A stretch of 64,000 bases of DNA, taken from the NCBI GenBank assembly GCA_965230295.1, contig OZ246001.1, forward strand, positions 2,720,001-2,784,000. Reading direction: 5' to 3'. This DNA is from Marinicella sp. GTDB lineage: Bacteria > Pseudomonadota > Gammaproteobacteria > Xanthomonadales > Marinicellaceae. Every line of letters begins with the position of its first letter. The stretch's first letter is position 1. The translations under genes and the position numbers were made by a program. Below are positions 8,973 through 22,515 of the stretch, piece by piece. Under the pieces are notes generated by a model. The model was given only the letters and a program-made list of their open reading frames with translations. It was not told the origin of the DNA and made no database searches.

Positions 8973-9661
8973 TGACTGGTAAAAGAATCAAAGCGCTCAA
9001 AGAGCAAATAGACAAATTGAAAAAATACCAAGTTGAAGAAGCATTGGATTTTGTCCGCAGTAATTCGTCAAAGAACTTTGACGAAACTGTCGATGTGGCG
9101 ATTCAACTGGGTGTAGATGCCAAGAAATCAGATCAAGCCGTACGTGGTGCAACTGTTTTGCCAAATGGAACTGGTAAGTCTGTCAAAGTGGCTGTTTTTG
9201 CCCAGGGCGACAAAGCCGAAGAAGCCAAAGCCGCTGGTGCTGACGTGGTTGGATTTGATGATTTGGCCGCAGAAGTAAAAAAAGGCAACATCGATTTTGA
9301 TGTGGTCATTGCTTCACCTGATGCCATGCGTGTTGTGGGTCAGTTGGGTACCATTTTAGGTCCCAAAGGCCTGATGCCTAACCCCAAGGTTGGTACCGTA
9401 ACTCCTGACGTGGCAACTGCTGTAAAAAACAACAAATCAGGTCAAGCCATGTATCGAATCGATAAAGCCGGTATTATCCACACTGTTTTGGGTAAGGCCT
9501 CTTTTTCAGCCGATGCATTGAAAGAAAACTTGACTGTGTTGTTGGCAGAGTTGAACAAGAAGAAACCACCTACATCAAAAGGTAAATTTATCAGAAAAAT
9601 CAGCATTTCATCCACCATGGGTGCAGGTGTTGAAGTTGATCCTGTTTCTGTCGGACAGTAA
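8972..9661 (+). CDS. rplA: 50S ribosomal protein L1
   Basis: [12 protein letters not shown] and [16 protein letters not shown] motifs. Confidence 0.99.
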   Translation: MTGKRIKALKEQIDKLKKYQVEEALDFVRSNSSKNFDETVDVAIQLGVDAKKSDQAVRGATVLPNGTGKSVKVAVFAQGDKAEEAKAAGADVVGFDDLAAEVKKGNIDFDVVIASPDAMRVVGQLGTILGPKGLMPNPKVGTVTPDVATAVKNNKSGQAMYRIDKAGIIHTVLGKASFSADALKENLTVLLAELNKKKPPTSKGKFIRKISISSTMGAGVEVDPVSVGQ

Positions 9662-9716
9662 ACAGCGATCATAACAATTTTGAGGGTTGCTGAGACATCA
9701 ATGCTCAGCAGTCATC

Positions 9717-9783
9717 AAAGACCGTAGGTGTGATGTCGGCTCAATATGAAGCTTTCATTGCTTAATTTCCTACGCAGATGGTG
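9717..9783 (+). promoter_or_regulatory. L10 leader (rplJ autoregulatory RNA)
   Basis: AAGACCGTAGGTG...GCTTAAT..CCTACGCAGA consensus upstream of rplJ. Confidence 0.8.
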
Positions 9784-9897
9784 CCCCAATACAGAATACT
9801 GTTTGGTCACCAAAATGGTTCCGTCTTATGTGTTTAAGGCATTGAGGCGGATTTTTGAGTACTGCAGCATGTGCTGCATGAGCCTTTGGAGGTTATC

Positions 9898-10422
9898 ATG
9901 GCGCTCAATTTAGAGCAGAAAAAAGCTGTAGTCAGTGAAATTGCCAGTGTTGCTCAAGATGCACACTCCTTAGTCGCAGCAGAATACCGTGGATCATCAG
10001 TTGAACTGATGACTGCGATGCGTTCTGATGCACGTAAAAGTGGTGTCTATCTTAGGGTCGCAAAAAACACTTTGGTCAGAAGAGCTGTTGAAGGAACTGA
10101 TTACGAGTGCGTTTCAGACGCATTGGTTGGTCCTTTGTTGTATGCGTTCAGTCAGGAAGATCCTGGTTGTGCCGCTCGTTTGATCAAAGACCATGCCAAA
10201 GAAAACGATAAGCTTGAAGTTAAGTTCGTTTCTATTGGTGGTGATTTGTTGGCCGCAACGGAGTTAGCTCGTTTAGCTTCATTGCCTACTAAAGATCAAG
10301 CAATTGCAATGCTGATGTCTGTCATGAAGGCACCAGTAGAGAAATTTGTAAGAACTTTGGCAGAGCCACACGCAAAACTGACACGTACAATCGCAGCAAT
10401 CAAAGATTCAAAAGCTGCATAA
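9898..10422 (+). CDS. rplJ: 50S ribosomal protein L10
   Basis: MALNLEQKKAVV, AEYRG, VAKNTL, LASLPT motifs. Confidence 0.98.
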   Translation: MALNLEQKKAVVSEIASVAQDAHSLVAAEYRGSSVELMTAMRSDARKSGVYLRVAKNTLVRRAVEGTDYECVSDALVGPLLYAFSQEDPGCAARLIKDHAKENDKLEVKFVSIGGDLLAATELARLASLPTKDQAIAMLMSVMKAPVEKFVRTLAEPHAKLTRTIAAIKDSKAA

Positions 10423-10453
10423 GTAAAAAACATTACAATTTTGGAGAATTAAA

Positions 10454-10831
10454 ATGGCCGTATCAAAAGATGATATTTTAGAAGCAATCTCAGCAATGAG
10501 CGTAATGGACGTTGTTGAATTAATCGAAGCTATGGAAGAAAAATTTGGTGTATCAGCTGCTGCTGCAGTTGCTGCTGCTCCTGCTGCCGCCGCTGCTGGC
10601 GGTGAAGCTGCTGCTGAGCAAACTGAGTTTGACGTAGTATTGGCAAGCTTTGGCGACAAGAAAGTTGGTGTGATTAAAGCCGTTCGTGGCATCACTGGCT
10701 TGGGCTTGAAAGAAGCCAAAGAATTGGTTGAAGGCGCACCAGCACCTATCAAAGAAGGTGTTGAAAAAGCCGAAGCTGAAGAAGTCAAAAAACAACTTGA
10801 AGAAGCAGGCGCTACTGTAGAGTTGAAATAA
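10454..10831 (+). CDS. rplL: 50S ribosomal protein L7/L12
   Basis: [10 protein letters not shown] hinge and [15 protein letters not shown]. Confidence 0.99.
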   Translation: MAVSKDDILEAISAMSVMDVVELIEAMEEKFGVSAAAAVAAAPAAAAAGGEAAAEQTEFDVVLASFGDKKVGVIKAVRGITGLGLKEAKELVEGAPAPIKEGVEKAEAEEVKKQLEEAGATVELK

Positions 10832-10854
10832 TTACACAACGTAATTAATGAAAT

Positions 10855-10884
10855 CTAAAGGCTGGCATTTTATGTCGGCCTTTA
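10855..10884 (+). terminator. rplL-rpoB attenuator-like hairpin
   Basis: CTAAAGGCTGGCA...TGTCGGCCTTTAG stem between rplL and rpoB. Confidence 0.5.
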
Positions 10885-10994
10885 GTCGCTTAAAAATAAA
10901 CAGATAAATTGAGTCTGATTAAAGCGTAAAAAAATACATATTAAATCAGCAAAACACCTGATGTTTTGCGAGCATGGTGAAGGTGACAAAAGCG

Positions 10995-13900
10995 ATGGGT
11001 TATACATTTACTGAGAAAAAAAGAATCAGAAAGGACTTTGGTAGTTCTTCAGCTGTACTGGATGTTCCATACTTACTAGATACTCAAGTTAAATCATATC
11101 AAGCCTTTTTGGGTGAAAATGATAAAGACTTGAATGGTCTGAATGATGCATTAAATTCAATTTTCCCAATTGAGAGTTATTCTGGTTTTGCCAGATTGGA
11201 ATATGTCAGTGTCGGTGTTGAAGAGCCTGAGTTTGACGTATTGGAATGTAAATTACGTGGTATGACTTATGCCGCTTCTATCCGCGCCCGAATCCAATTG
11301 GTGATTTACGATAAAGAAAAAAGCACCAAGAAAAAGAAAAAAGTTAAATACATCAAAGAACAGAATGTTTACTTGGGTGATTTGCCGCTGATGACCCCTA
11401 CAGGTACTTTTGTGATCAATGGTACTGAACGTGTTATCGTGAATCAATTGCACCGTTCACCAGGTGTGTTCTTTGATCATGACAAAGGCAAGACCCATTC
11501 TTCAGGTAAGATCTTGTACTCAGCAAGGGTCATTCCTTACCGTGGTTCTTGGTTGGACATGGAGTTCGATGCCAAGGACAGCGTTTATGTACGTATTGAT
11601 CGTCGCAGAAAATTACCGGCTTCAATCTTATTGCGTGCATTGGAATTTAATAACGAACAAATTTTGGACATGTTCTTCGAGAAAATTAACATCACGTTGA
11701 ACAAGACCAATGCCAAAATGAAATTGGTTCCAGAACATGTCAAAGGTGAAACGTTTGGTTTTGATATCAAAGATGGAAAAACAGTCTTGGTAGAAGCGGG
11801 TAAACGCATCACTGCCAGACATGAACGCAAACTGAAAAAATCAAAATTAACAGCGTTGACATTAGAAGACAGTTACTTGATCGATAAAGTATTGGCTCAC
11901 AATGTCATCGACAAAGAAACTGGTGAGGTTTTGATGCCTGCCAACACCACCATCACTGAAGAAGTTTTAGAGAAACTGCGTGATGCTGGGGTTAAGTCAT
12001 TTGACATCATTTTTGTCAATGATTTGGATCGCGGTGCATACATGTCGAATACCTTGAACATCGACCCAACCACCACACCGGAAGAGGCTTTGATCGAGAT
12101 CTATCGCATGATGCGCCCAGGTGAGCCACCGACAGAAGACGCTTCAAGATCTTTGTTTGATGGCCTGTTTTTTGCCAAAGAAAGGTATGACTTGTCAGCT
12201 GTTGGTCGCATGAAATTCAACATGCGCTTAGGCAGAGAGGACATTGAAGGTCCAGGCACTTTAAGTAACGATGACATCGTAGATGTGATGAAAGAACTGG
12301 TGAACATCAGAAATGGTGTTGGTCAGGTAGATGACATCGACCACTTGGGTAACCGCCGTGTTCGCTCAGTGGGAGAGATGGCTGAGAATGTATTCCGTGT
12401 TGGCTTGGTGCGTGTTCAACGTGCTGTGAAAGAGCGTTTAACAGTGGCTGAATCTGAAGGATTGACGCCACAAGACTTGATCAATGCCAAACCCATTTCT
12501 GCTGCGATCAAAGAATTTTTTGGTTCGAATCAACTGTCACAGTTTATGGATCAAAACAACCCCTTGTCAGAAATTACTCACAAGCGTCGTGTTTCGGCCC
12601 TTGGACCCGGTGGTTTGACTCGTGAGCGTGCTGGTTTTGAAGTGCGTGACGTGCATCCAACGCATTACGGTCGATTGTGTCCGATTGAAACACCTGAGGG
12701 GCCAAACATTGGTTTGATCAACTCGATGGCTGTGTATTCAAGAACCAATGATTATGGTTTCTTGGAAACCCCATACCGCAAAGTGACCAACGGTAAGGTG
12801 ACCGATGAAATCGTTTATTTGTCTGCCATCCAGGATTCAGACAATCCAATCGCACAAAACAGTGCTAAATTGGACAAGAATGGTAAATTTGTTGATGAGT
12901 TCATCATTTGTCGTCACAAAGGCGAAGTGGTGTTGAAACAAGCCCAGGAAATTTCTTACATGGACGTGTCAGAAAAACAAATTGTTTCTGTGGCAGCCGC
13001 TTTGATTCCATTCCTGGAGCACGATGATGCCAACAGGGCTTTGATGGGATCAAACATGCAACGCCAAGCCGTCCCTACCTTGAAAGCTGACAAGCCATTG
13101 GTAGGTACTGGAATGGAGCGCATTGTGTCACGTGATTCAGGTGTGACCGTGATGGCCAAACGCGGTGGCATCGTGGAAATTTCTGATGCGGGTCGCATTG
13201 TGGTCCGAGTTGACCAATCTGAGATTGGTGAAAAAGACCCTGGTGTGGACATTTATAACCTCATTAAATACATGCGTTCTAATCAGAACACCTGTGTGAA
13301 CCAACGCCCCATTGTGAAAGTAGGGGATCGCATTGCTGCTGGTGATGTATTGGCCGATGGTCCATCGACTGATTTGGGTGAATTGGCATTGGGTCAAAAC
13401 ATGTTGGTGGCCTTCATGCCATGGAATGGTTATAACTTTGAGGATTCAATTTTGATCTCGGAGCGTGTGGTCAAAGAAGACCGCTTGACCACCATTCACA
13501 TTGAAGAATTGACCTGTATTGCTCGTGATACCAAGTTGGGATCAGAAGAGATCACTGCTGATATACCAAACATCAGTGAAGGCACACTGACCAAACTGGA
13601 TGACTCCGGTATTGTTTATGTCGGTGCTGAAGTGGGTCCAGGTGACATTCTGGTCGGTAAAGTGACGCCAAAAGGTGAAACTCAGCTGACTCCTGAAGAA
13701 AAATTATTGCGTGCCATTTTTGGAGAAAAAGCCCTGGATGTTAAGGATTCATCCTTGCGCGTTAAATCAGGTACCAGCGGTACGGTGATCGACGTTCAGG
13801 TTTATACCCGTGAAGGCATTGAAAAAGGTTCACGTGCTGAACGCATTGAACATGACGAAATTGAAAAAGTTCGCAAAGATTTGAACGATCAGTTCCGCAT

Positions 13901-15062
13901 CATGCGCACTGTGATCCACCAACGCATTCAAGACTTGTTGATTGGTGCCAAAGTGGCCAAAGCCCCTGGTTTGAAGAAAGGTGCTGTGATTGAAGAATCC
14001 TACTTTGATACTTTAGAGTTGGATCAGTGGTTTGACATCAAACCACAAGACAATGCTTTGGCAGAACAAATGGATGCTTTGGCTGAACAAATCACTGAAC
14101 AAAGAGAAATCTTTGATAAACGATTTGAAGAGAAGAAAGCCAAGATTTCTAAAGGCGACGATTTGGCGCCTGGCGTATTGAAAATGGTCAAAGTTTATCT
14201 GGCTGTTAAGCGTCGCATTCAACCTGGCGATAAAATGGCCGGACGTCATGGTAACAAAGGTGTGATCTCAATGATTGTTCCTGAAGAAGACATGCCGTTC
14301 GATGAAAATGGTCGTCCTGTAGACATCTGTTTGAATCCACTGGGTGTACCTTCGAGGATGAACATTGGTCAGATTCTTGAGGTGCATTTGGGCATGGCTG
14401 CTCGCGGTTTGGGTTACCAGATTGAAAAGATGCTGGAAGAGAAAGCGACCGTGGCCAAATTGAAAGAATTTTTTGGTGAAATTTACAACATCGATGATGA
14501 AGGTAAAGTGAGTTTCTCAAGCTTCAGTAAAGATGAAGTGATGGAATTGGCTCATAACTTAAAAGGCGGTGTACCCATGGCAACACCGGTGTTTGATGGC
14601 GCCAAAGAAGAACACATCAGAAAATTATTCAAACTGGCCGGTTTAGATGAAGATGGACAAACCACTTTATTCGATGGTCGCACGGGTAAGAAATTTGACC
14701 GTAAAGTCACAGTGGGTTACATGTACATGTTGAAATTGAATCACTTGATCGATGACAAGATGCATGCCCGTTCAACCGGCCCGTACTCGCTGGTTACACA
14801 ACAACCATTGGGTGGTAAAGCCCAGTTTGGTGGTCAAAGGTTTGGTGAAATGGAGGTGTGGGCACTGGAAGCTTATGGTGCTGCATACACCTTACAAGAA
14901 ATGTTGACGGTTAAGTCGGATGATGTACAGGGTCGTAATGCGACTTATAAGAACATTGTTGATGGTAATCACAACACAGTTTCAGGCATTCCAGAGTCGT
15001 TCAATGTACTGGTTAAAGAGGTCAGGGCACTTGGATTGAACATGGAATTGGAAAACGAGTGA
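10995..15062 (+). CDS. rpoB: RNA polymerase beta subunit
   Basis: [13 protein letters not shown] start, rifampicin-binding region [24 protein letters not shown]. Alternative start 10974. Confidence 0.99.
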   Translation: MGYTFTEKKRIRKDFGSSSAVLDVPYLLDTQVKSYQAFLGENDKDLNGLNDALNSIFPIESYSGFARLEYVSVGVEEPEFDVLECKLRGMTYAASIRARIQLVIYDKEKSTKKKKKVKYIKEQNVYLGDLPLMTPTGTFVINGTERVIVNQLHRSPGVFFDHDKGKTHSSGKILYSARVIPYRGSWLDMEFDAKDSVYVRIDRRRKLPASILLRALEFNNEQILDMFFEKINITLNKTNAKMKLVPEHVKGETFGFDIKDGKTVLVEAGKRITARHERKLKKSKLTALTLEDSYLIDKVLAHNVIDKETGEVLMPANTTITEEVLEKLRDAGVKSFDIIFVNDLDRGAYMSNTLNIDPTTTPEEALIEIYRMMRPGEPPTEDASRSLFDGLFFAKERYDLSAVGRMKFNMRLGREDIEGPGTLSNDDIVDVMKELVNIRNGVGQVDDIDHLGNRRVRSVGEMAENVFRVGLVRVQRAVKERLTVAESEGLTPQDLINAKPISAAIKEFFGSNQLSQFMDQNNPLSEITHKRRVSALGPGGLTRERAGFEVRDVHPTHYGRLCPIETPEGPNIGLINSMAVYSRTNDYGFLETPYRKVTNGKVTDEIVYLSAIQDSDNPIAQNSAKLDKNGKFVDEFIICRHKGEVVLKQAQEISYMDVSEKQIVSVAAALIPFLEHDDANRALMGSNMQRQAVPTLKADKPLVGTGMERIVSRDSGVTVMAKRGGIVEISDAGRIVVRVDQSEIGEKDPGVDIYNLIKYMRSNQNTCVNQRPIVKVGDRIAAGDVLADGPSTDLGELALGQNMLVAFMPWNGYNFEDSILISERVVKEDRLTTIHIEELTCIARDTKLGSEEITADIPNISEGTLTKLDDSGIVYVGAEVGPGDILVGKVTPKGETQLTPEEKLLRAIFGEKALDVKDSSLRVKSGTSGTVIDVQVYTREGIEKGSRAERIEHDEIEKVRKDLNDQFRIMRTVIHQRIQDLLIGAKVAKAPGLKKGAVIEESYFDTLELDQWFDIKPQDNALAEQMDALAEQITEQREIFDKRFEEKKAKISKGDDLAPGVLKMVKVYLAVKRRIQPGDKMAGRHGNKGVISMIVPEEDMPFDENGRPVDICLNPLGVPSRMNIGQILEVHLGMAARGLGYQIEKMLEEKATVAKLKEFFGEIYNIDDEGKVSFSSFSKDEVMELAHNLKGGVPMATPVFDGAKEEHIRKLFKLAGLDEDGQTTLFDGRTGKKFDRKVTVGYMYMLKLNHLIDDKMHARSTGPYSLVTQQPLGGKAQFGGQRFGEMEVWALEAYGAAYTLQEMLTVKSDDVQGRNATYKNIVDGNHNTVSGIPESFNVLVKEVRALGLNMELENE

Positions 15063-15078
15063 GTCTGGGAGAAAAAAC

Positions 15079-18000
15079 ATGAAAGATTTAATTAAATTAT
15101 TTAATCCTAAAAAAGAAATCCAAGACTTTAACTCCATTAAAGTCTCTTTGGCACCACCTGAACTGATTCGTTCTTGGTCTTATGGTGAAGTGAAAAAGCC
15201 AGAAACCATTAACTACAGAACATTCAAACCAGAACGTGATGGTTTGTTTTGTGCTGCCGTATTTGGCCCCATCAAAGACTATGAGTGTCTTTGTGGTAAG
15301 TACAAGCGCATGAAACACCGTGGTGTGGTCTGTGAAAAATGTGGTACTGAAGTCACTTTGACCAAAGTGCGTCGTGAGCGCATGGGTCACATTGAATTGG
15401 CCAGCCCCGTGGCACACATTTGGTTCCTGAAATCATTGCCATCTCGCATTGGCTTGATGCTGGACATGACTTTGCGCGAAATTGAAAGAATTTTGTATTT
15501 TGAATCATTCGTCGTTACCGATCCAGGCATGACTGATTTGGAAAAAGGTTCATTGTTAACCGATGAGCAATATGCCCAGGCCATTGAGAACTGGGGTGAT
15601 GAATTCAAAGCCCTGATGGGTGCAGAAGCCATCTACTCTTTGTTAGAAGAAATTGACATCAATGCGGAATTGGTGCAATTACACGAAGACATTGAATCCA
15701 CCAAATCTGCGACCAAGATCAAGCGTTTATCAAAACGAATTGCTTTGTATGATGCCTTCAACAAGTCAGGCAACAAACCAGAGCACATGATTTTAACCGT
15801 GTTGCCGATTTTGCCGCCTGATTTACGTCCTTTGGTCCCATTGGATGGTGGTCGTTTTGCTACTTCAGATTTGAATGATTTATACCGCAGGGTGATCAAC
15901 CGCAACAACCGCTTGAAGCGCTTATTGGATTTGCATGCACCAGACATCATTGTGCGCAATGAGAAGCGCATGCTGCAAGAATCAGTCGATGCCTTGTTGG
16001 ACAACGGTCGTCGTGGTCGAGCCGTCACCGGTTCAAACCGCAGACCTTTGAAATCATTGGCTGATATGATCAAAGGTAAACAAGGTCGTTTCCGTCAAAA
16101 CTTATTGGGTAAACGTGTGGACTACTCTGGCCGTTCGGTCATCGTGGTAGGACCTACTTTGCGTCTACACCAGTGCGGGTTGCCCAAGAAAATGGCTTTG
16201 GAATTGTTCAAACCATTCATTCTGGGTCGTTTGCTGAAAGATGGTTTTGTTTCGACCATCAAAGCCGCCAAGCGTTCTGTTGATGCAGAGACGCCTGAAG
16301 TTTGGGACATCTTGGAGCAGGTGATCCGTGAGCATCCGATCTTGCTAAACCGTGCACCTACGCTGCACAGATTGGGTATCCAGGCTTTTGAGCCCGTGTT
16401 GATTGAAGGTAAGGCCATTCAGTTGCACCCTCTGGTGTGTACTGCATTCAATGCTGACTTCGATGGTGACCAAATGGCTGTACACGTGCCATTATCAATT
16501 GAAGCTCAATTGGAAGCACGTACCTTGATGATGTCAACCAATAACATCTTATCTCCGGCCTCAGGTGAACCCATCATTGTACCTTCACAAGACGTGGTTT
16601 TGGGGTTGTACTACATGACCCGTGCTTTGATCAATGAAAAAGGTGAAGGCATGGTGTTTTCTGACATGAGCGAAGTCAACCGTGCTTACCAGAATGGCCA
16701 CGTTTCATTACAGGCTTTGGTGAAAGTCAGGTTGACCACCACAGATGAAGACTCAGGAACAGAGTCAACCAACTTGGTTGAAACCACAGTTGGTCGGGCC
16801 ATTTTGGCAGACATTTTGCCCAAAGGTTTGGATTTCAAATACATGAACCAAACTTTGAACAAGAAAGCCATTTCAAATTTATTGAACGAGTGTTATCACC
16901 AGTTGGGCACCAAAGCGACTGTTATATTTGCTGACCAATTGATGTACACCGGATTCCGTTACTCAACCGTGGCTGGTATCTCAATCGGTGTGACCGATTT
17001 GACCATTCCTGAGGCCAAGAAAACCATCTTGGAAGAAGCTGACAAAGAAGTTTTGAAGATTCAAGAACAATACACGTCTGGTTTGGTAACCGCAGGTGAA
17101 CGTTACAACAAGGTGGTTGATATTTGGTCAAAAGCCAATGAAGACGTTGCCAACGCCATGATGGCGGTATTGGGTAAGGATGAAGTTGAAGACAAAGAAG
17201 GTAATACGGTTTCACAAGATTCTATGAATTCAGTCTTTATCATGGCTGATTCAGGCGCCAGGGGTTCACAAGCTCAGATGCGTCAGCTGTCTGGTATGCG
17301 TGGATTGATGGCCAAACCAGATGGTTCGATCATTGAGACTCCCATTAAGGCCAACTTCCGTGAAGGGTTGGACGTGATGCAGTACTTCTCATCAACCCAT
17401 GGTGCACGTAAAGGTTTGGCCGATACAGCACTGAAAACAGCCAACTCTGGTTACTTAACCCGTCGTTTGGTTGATGTTGCACAAGATGTGGTGATCACAG
17501 AAGTTGATTGTGGCACCACCGAAGGTTTAATCATGCAACCCATCGTAGACGGTGGTGAGGTGATTGAAACACTGGCCGACCGTGTTTTGGGTCGAGTGGT
17601 GGCTACTGATGTACTCAACGCCAATGGCGAAGTGGTGATTGAAGCCGGTACTTTGATTGGTGAAGAAAGCCTGCAAGTGATTGAAACCAATGGTTTGGAT
17701 TCTATTGTGGTCCGTTCGCCAATCAGTTGTGAATCCAGTTTTGGTATCTGTGCTCAATGCTACGGCCGTGATTTGTCACGCGGACACCGGGTTAATATTG
17801 GTGAAGCGGTGGGTGTTATGGCAGCACAAAGTATTGGTGAGCCAGGCACACAGTTGACCATGAGAACGTTCCACATTGGTGGTGCGGCATCAAAATCAGC
17901 AGCCTCAGATCACGTTCAGGTGAAATCTGATGGTTCGATTCGTATGCACAACATCAAGCATGTGACCAATGCCGATAAAAAATTGGTATCAATTTCTCGA

Positions 18001-19326
18001 TCAGGTGAAATTTCAGTGATTGAAAGTTCAGGTAAAGAGAAAGAGCGTTATAAAGTACCCTACGGTGCAGTGATTAACGTCAAGGACAACGATAAGGTCA
18101 AAGCGGGTGATGTGATCGTTAATTGGGATCCACACACGCATCCAATCGTTTCTGAAGTGGCCGGCCGTGTTGCATTGAGCGATTTCAAAGATGGCGTTAC
18201 CGTTGAAGAGAAATTAGATGAACTGACTGGTTTGACCAGTTTCATCATCACCGATCCTAAACAGCGTGGTGCAGCAGGTAAAGATTTGCGACCTATGGTG
18301 CGTTTGGAAGACAAGAAGGGTAACCCCATCATGATCCCTGGTTCTGAAGTGCCTGCGCAATATTTCTTGCCTCCTGGAGCGGTGATTAACATCCAGAACG
18401 GTCAAGATGTGGCTGTTGGTGATTTCTTGGCGAGAATTCCACAAGCGTCATCGAAAACCCGTGACATCACTGGTGGTCTACCACGAGTTGCTGACTTATT
18501 TGAAGCGCGTAAGCCTAAAGATCCAGCCATTCAAGCAGAGACTTCAGGTATTGTAGGTTTTGGTAAAGACACCAAAGGTAAGAACCGATTGGTCATTACC
18601 CAAGCCAACGGTGAAAAGTTAGAAACATTGATTCCAAAATGGCGCCAAATCGTGGTGTTTGAGGGTGAGCACGTTGAAAAAGGTGATGTGGTTGTTGAGG
18701 GTGAACCTAACCCACATGACATCCTGCGTTTGCAAGGTGTGATCGCTTTGGCATCCTATTTGGTCAATGAGATTCAAGATGTTTACCGCTTACAAGGTGT
18801 GAAAATCAATGACAAGCACATTGAATGTATCATCCGTCAAATGTTGCGTAAAGTTGAGATCGTTGAACCAGGTGACTCAGATTATCTGAAAACAACCCAG
18901 TTGACTTACAAGGAAGTGATGCGAACCAACCGCGAGATTTTGAAACAAGACGGTATCCCTGCGACTTTTGAAGTGCTGCTGTTGGGTATCACCAAGGCTT
19001 CATTGGCTACCGATTCATTCATTTCTGCGGCATCGTTCCAGGAAACCACACGTGTATTAACTGAAGCTTCGGTTAAAGGCACCAAAGATTACTTGCGTGG
19101 TTTGAAAGAAAACGTCATCGTGGGTCGTTTGATTCCTGCCGGAACCGGCCTTTCATACCATCAAGACCAACTGCAATCAAAAGAAGCCGAGCTTCAGTCA
19201 GAATTGCAAGCCATGGTTAATGAGGTGAGTGATAACGGTGGCGGTGCGGTTGATTCCGAGCAAGCATTGATGGATCAACTCAGCCAACTGGATGATGGTG
19301 ATTCAAACGTTGATGAAAGTGAATGA
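15079..19326 (+). CDS. rpoC: RNA polymerase beta' subunit
   Basis: Zn finger and [10 protein letters not shown] catalytic motif. Confidence 0.99.
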   Translation: MKDLIKLFNPKKEIQDFNSIKVSLAPPELIRSWSYGEVKKPETINYRTFKPERDGLFCAAVFGPIKDYECLCGKYKRMKHRGVVCEKCGTEVTLTKVRRERMGHIELASPVAHIWFLKSLPSRIGLMLDMTLREIERILYFESFVVTDPGMTDLEKGSLLTDEQYAQAIENWGDEFKALMGAEAIYSLLEEIDINAELVQLHEDIESTKSATKIKRLSKRIALYDAFNKSGNKPEHMILTVLPILPPDLRPLVPLDGGRFATSDLNDLYRRVINRNNRLKRLLDLHAPDIIVRNEKRMLQESVDALLDNGRRGRAVTGSNRRPLKSLADMIKGKQGRFRQNLLGKRVDYSGRSVIVVGPTLRLHQCGLPKKMALELFKPFILGRLLKDGFVSTIKAAKRSVDAETPEVWDILEQVIREHPILLNRAPTLHRLGIQAFEPVLIEGKAIQLHPLVCTAFNADFDGDQMAVHVPLSIEAQLEARTLMMSTNNILSPASGEPIIVPSQDVVLGLYYMTRALINEKGEGMVFSDMSEVNRAYQNGHVSLQALVKVRLTTTDEDSGTESTNLVETTVGRAILADILPKGLDFKYMNQTLNKKAISNLLNECYHQLGTKATVIFADQLMYTGFRYSTVAGISIGVTDLTIPEAKKTILEEADKEVLKIQEQYTSGLVTAGERYNKVVDIWSKANEDVANAMMAVLGKDEVEDKEGNTVSQDSMNSVFIMADSGARGSQAQMRQLSGMRGLMAKPDGSIIETPIKANFREGLDVMQYFSSTHGARKGLADTALKTANSGYLTRRLVDVAQDVVITEVDCGTTEGLIMQPIVDGGEVIETLADRVLGRVVATDVLNANGEVVIEAGTLIGEESLQVIETNGLDSIVVRSPISCESSFGICAQCYGRDLSRGHRVNIGEAVGVMAAQSIGEPGTQLTMRTFHIGGAASKSAASDHVQVKSDGSIRMHNIKHVTNADKKLVSISRSGEISVIESSGKEKERYKVPYGAVINVKDNDKVKAGDVIVNWDPHTHPIVSEVAGRVALSDFKDGVTVEEKLDELTGLTSFIITDPKQRGAAGKDLRPMVRLEDKKGNPIMIPGSEVPAQYFLPPGAVINIQNGQDVAVGDFLARIPQASSKTRDITGGLPRVADLFEARKPKDPAIQAETSGIVGFGKDTKGKNRLVITQANGEKLETLIPKWRQIVVFEGEHVEKGDVVVEGEPNPHDILRLQGVIALASYLVNEIQDVYRLQGVKINDKHIECIIRQMLRKVEIVEPGDSDYLKTTQLTYKEVMRTNREILKQDGIPATFEVLLLGITKASLATDSFISAASFQETTRVLTEASVKGTKDYLRGLKENVIVGRLIPAGTGLSYHQDQLQSKEAELQSELQAMVNEVSDNGGGAVDSEQALMDQLSQLDDGDSNVDESE

Positions 19327-19380
19327 TATCAACACTTTAGTTGAGACAGATTGAGGTGTTCAAAAAACTTTAATCTGTAC

Positions 19381-19414
19381 TTGACTATTTTGGGGTAAAA
19401 AACTAAAATCCCCG
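19381..19414 (+). promoter_or_regulatory. str operon sigma70 promoter
   Basis: TTGACT-17 bp-TAAAAT followed by a CCCCG discriminator. Confidence 0.75.
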
Positions 19415-19510
19415 TTCTTATTTTCGGCAGGCCGGTTTTAACTGGCCTGTCGTTTATTTTTTAAGAGGCTTTTTTTAAATATACGCCTCTCTTTAGGGTA
19501 AATTTTGCAT

Positions 19511-19882
19511 ATGGCAACAGTAAATCAATTGGTTCGTAAACCAAGAAAAGACAAAGTATATAAAACTAACGTTCCAGCTTTAGAAGCTTGTCCGCAGCGT
19601 AGGGGTGTGTGTTCACGTGTTTACACAACGACGCCTAAAAAACCTAACTCGGCTTTGCGTAAAGTGGCTCGTGTCAGATTAACTAATGGCTATGAAGTAA
19701 CCAGTTACATCGGTGGTGAAGGACATAATTTACAAGAGCACTCTATCGTATTGATTAGGGGTGGTCGTGTGAAGGACTTACCAGGTGTGCGTTACCACAT
19801 TGTTCGTGGTGCACTGGATACTGCTGGCGTGAATGATCGTAAACAAGGTCGTTCTAAATATGGTACTAAACGACCAAAATAA
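19511..19882 (+). CDS. rpsL: 30S ribosomal protein S12
   Basis: [27 protein letters not shown]. Confidence 0.99.
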   Translation: MATVNQLVRKPRKDKVYKTNVPALEACPQRRGVCSRVYTTTPKKPNSALRKVARVRLTNGYEVTSYIGGEGHNLQEHSIVLIRGGRVKDLPGVRYHIVRGALDTAGVNDRKQGRSKYGTKRPK

Positions 19883-19902
19883 TCAAATAAAAGGTTTTAG
19901 AG

Positions 19903-20373
19903 ATGTCTAGAAAGAAAAGTAATTTTAAGCGCGATGTATTGCCTGATCCAAAATACGGATCAGAGCTGATCAGTAAGTACATCAACATGGTCATGAAAAG
20001 TGGCAAGAAATCAGTGGCCGAGAAAATCGTCTACGGTGCCATGGATAAAATGACTGAAAAAGAATCCGGTGATGCCGTAGATTTGACGCAGCAAGCTTTG
20101 GAAAAAGTGAAGCCTATGGTTGAGGTTAAATCTCGCCGTGTGGGTGGTGCGACTTATCAGGTACCTGTTGAAGTTCGTCCAAGACGTCAAATGGCATTGG
20201 CCATGCGTTGGTTGATTGATGCAGCTCGTAAACGCGGTGAAGCTGACATGCCCAGTAAATTGGCTGGTGAAATGTTGGATGCTTTACACGATCGTGGTGC
20301 AGCCATGAAACGTCGTGAGGAAGTGCACAAGATGGCTGAGGCCAACAGGGCATTTGCTCACTACCGTTGGTAA
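19903..20373 (+). CDS. rpsG: 30S ribosomal protein S7
   Basis: [16 protein letters not shown] and [12 protein letters not shown]. Confidence 0.99.
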   Translation: MSRKKSNFKRDVLPDPKYGSELISKYINMVMKSGKKSVAEKIVYGAMDKMTEKESGDAVDLTQQALEKVKPMVEVKSRRVGGATYQVPVEVRPRRQMALAMRWLIDAARKRGEADMPSKLAGEMLDALHDRGAAMKRREEVHKMAEANRAFAHYRW

Positions 20374-20400
20374 TAACCAGTTACAGGAAAGGAATTTGAA

Positions 20401-22493
20401 GTGGGCCGGAAAACACCGATTGAGAGATACCGTAACATTGGCATCATGGCCCACATTGATGCCGGTAAAACGACCACCACAGAGCGGGTGCTGTTTTACA
20501 CGGGAATTTCTCACAAGATAGGTGAAGTCCATGATGGCAATGCCACCATGGATTGGATGGAACAAGAGCAAGAGCGTGGCATCACGATTACATCGGCTGC
20601 CACCACTTGTTTTTGGCAAGGCATGGATCGCCAATTTGATGAGCATCGTATCAACATCATTGATACACCAGGCCACGTAGACTTCACCATTGAAGTTGAA
20701 CGTTCGCTGCGCGTGTTAGATGGTGCGGTAGCGGTGTTTTGTGCGGTTGGAGGCGTGGAGCCACAATCGGAAACAGTTTGGCGACAAGCCAATAAGTACC
20801 ATGTGCCCCGGTTGGCTTTTGTCAACAAAATGGATCGTGCAGGTGCTGACTTTGAACGGGTGGTCGGTCAGTTGAAAACCAGACTGGGTGCCAACCCCGT
20901 GCCGGTCCAGGTGGCCATTGGTGCGGAAGATGAGTTCAAAGGTGTGGTAGACCTGCTGCGTATGAAAGCCATTTATTGGAATGAAGACGACATGGGCTCT
21001 ACTTATCAGCTGGAAGACATTCCTGCTGATTTGACAGAACAATGTGAAGCGGCCAGGGAATTCATGATTGAAGCGGCAGCCGAAACCAGTGAAGAATTGA
21101 TGGATAAGTACCTGGAAACAGGTGAGCTGTCCAGAGAAGACATCATTGCTGGTTTGCGAAATGGAACCATCAACAATGAGGTGGTATGTTGCATGTGTGG
21201 ATCGGCCTTTAAAAACAAAGGCGTGCAAGCCATGTTGGACATGGTGTTGAGTTGTTGCCCTCACCAGCAGATGTGCCTGCCATTACGGGCTTGGAAGAAG
21301 GCAGTGAGGAACAAGAGACCAGTAGAGCGGCTGATGACGATGAGCCCTTTGCTGCTTTGGCGTTTAAAATTGCCACTGACCCATTCGTGGGTACTTTGAC
21401 TTTTTTCCGGGTTTATTCTGGTGTGGTTAAAACAGGTGACAGTATCTACAACCCAAGAAAAGGCAGTAAAGAGCGATTGGGCCGTTTGTTACAAATGCAT
21501 TCTAACTCAAGAGAAGAGATCAAAGAAGTCAGGGCCGGTGATATTGCTGCGGCCGTTGGTTTAAAAGATTTGATGACTGGAGATACTTTGTGTGACATCA
21601 ATCATGTCATCACCATTGAGAAGATGGAATTTCCAGAGCCGGTAATTTCGGTGGCTGTTGAGCCCAGAACCACTGGTGATCAGGAAAAGATGGCCACAGC
21701 GTTGCAAAAGCTGGCGCAAGAAGACCCTTCGTTTAGGGTGGCCACTGATGATGAGTCGGGACAAACCATCATCTCTGGAATGGGTGAATTGCATTTAGAC
21801 ATCATTGTTGATCGCATGAAGCGTGAATTTAAAGTGGATGCCAATGTGGGTAACCCCCAGGTGGCATACAGAGAGACCATCAAACAAACAGTTGAACAAG
21901 AAGGTAAGTTCATCAAACAGTCTGGTGGTAAAGGTCAATATGGCCATGTAAAAATTAAAATCGAACCCATGGAGCAGGGCTTCGGTTATGAATTTGTCAA
22001 CGAAATCACAGGCGGTGTGATTCCTAAGGAATACATTGGCCCGGTTGACAAAGGCATACAAGAACAAATGGAAAGTGGTGTACTGGCAGGCTACCCTTTG
22101 GTGGATTGTAAGGTCACTTTGTTCGATGGTTCATTTCATGATGTTGATTCAAGTGAAATGGCCTTTAAGGTTGCAGGTTCAATGGCTTTTCGTGAAGGCG
22201 CAAGGGCTGCTTCACCGGTTCTTTTGGAGCCGATCATGAAGGTTGAAATTGTAACCCCAGAAGATTATATGGGTGATGTGGTTGGCGATGTGAATCGCCG
22301 GCGTGGAACATTAGATGGGATTGACGAATCGCCTTCAGGCAAGGTGATTAAATGTCAAATTCCATTGTCTGAAATGTTTGGCTATGCCACTTCGCTCAGA
22401 TCTGCCACCCAAGGCAGAGCCAGTTACTCAATGGAGTTTGATCACTACAGTGAGGCCCCGGCTGAGGTACTGGCAGAAATGATTGGATATTAA
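20401..22493 (+). CDS. fusA: Elongation factor G (1-bp deletion at ~21247 in this sequence, likely artefact)
   Basis: [16 protein letters not shown]-half (20401-) and C-half ORF (21252-22493) join into full EF-G if one G is restored in ATGGTG[G]TTGAG. Confidence 0.95.
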
Positions 22494-22515
22494 TATATAG
22501 TTTGAGAGACTGACA

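Noticed and set aside
19150-19326. Acidic C-terminal extension of RpoC
   Set aside because: Variable acidic tails are common in beta' subunits.
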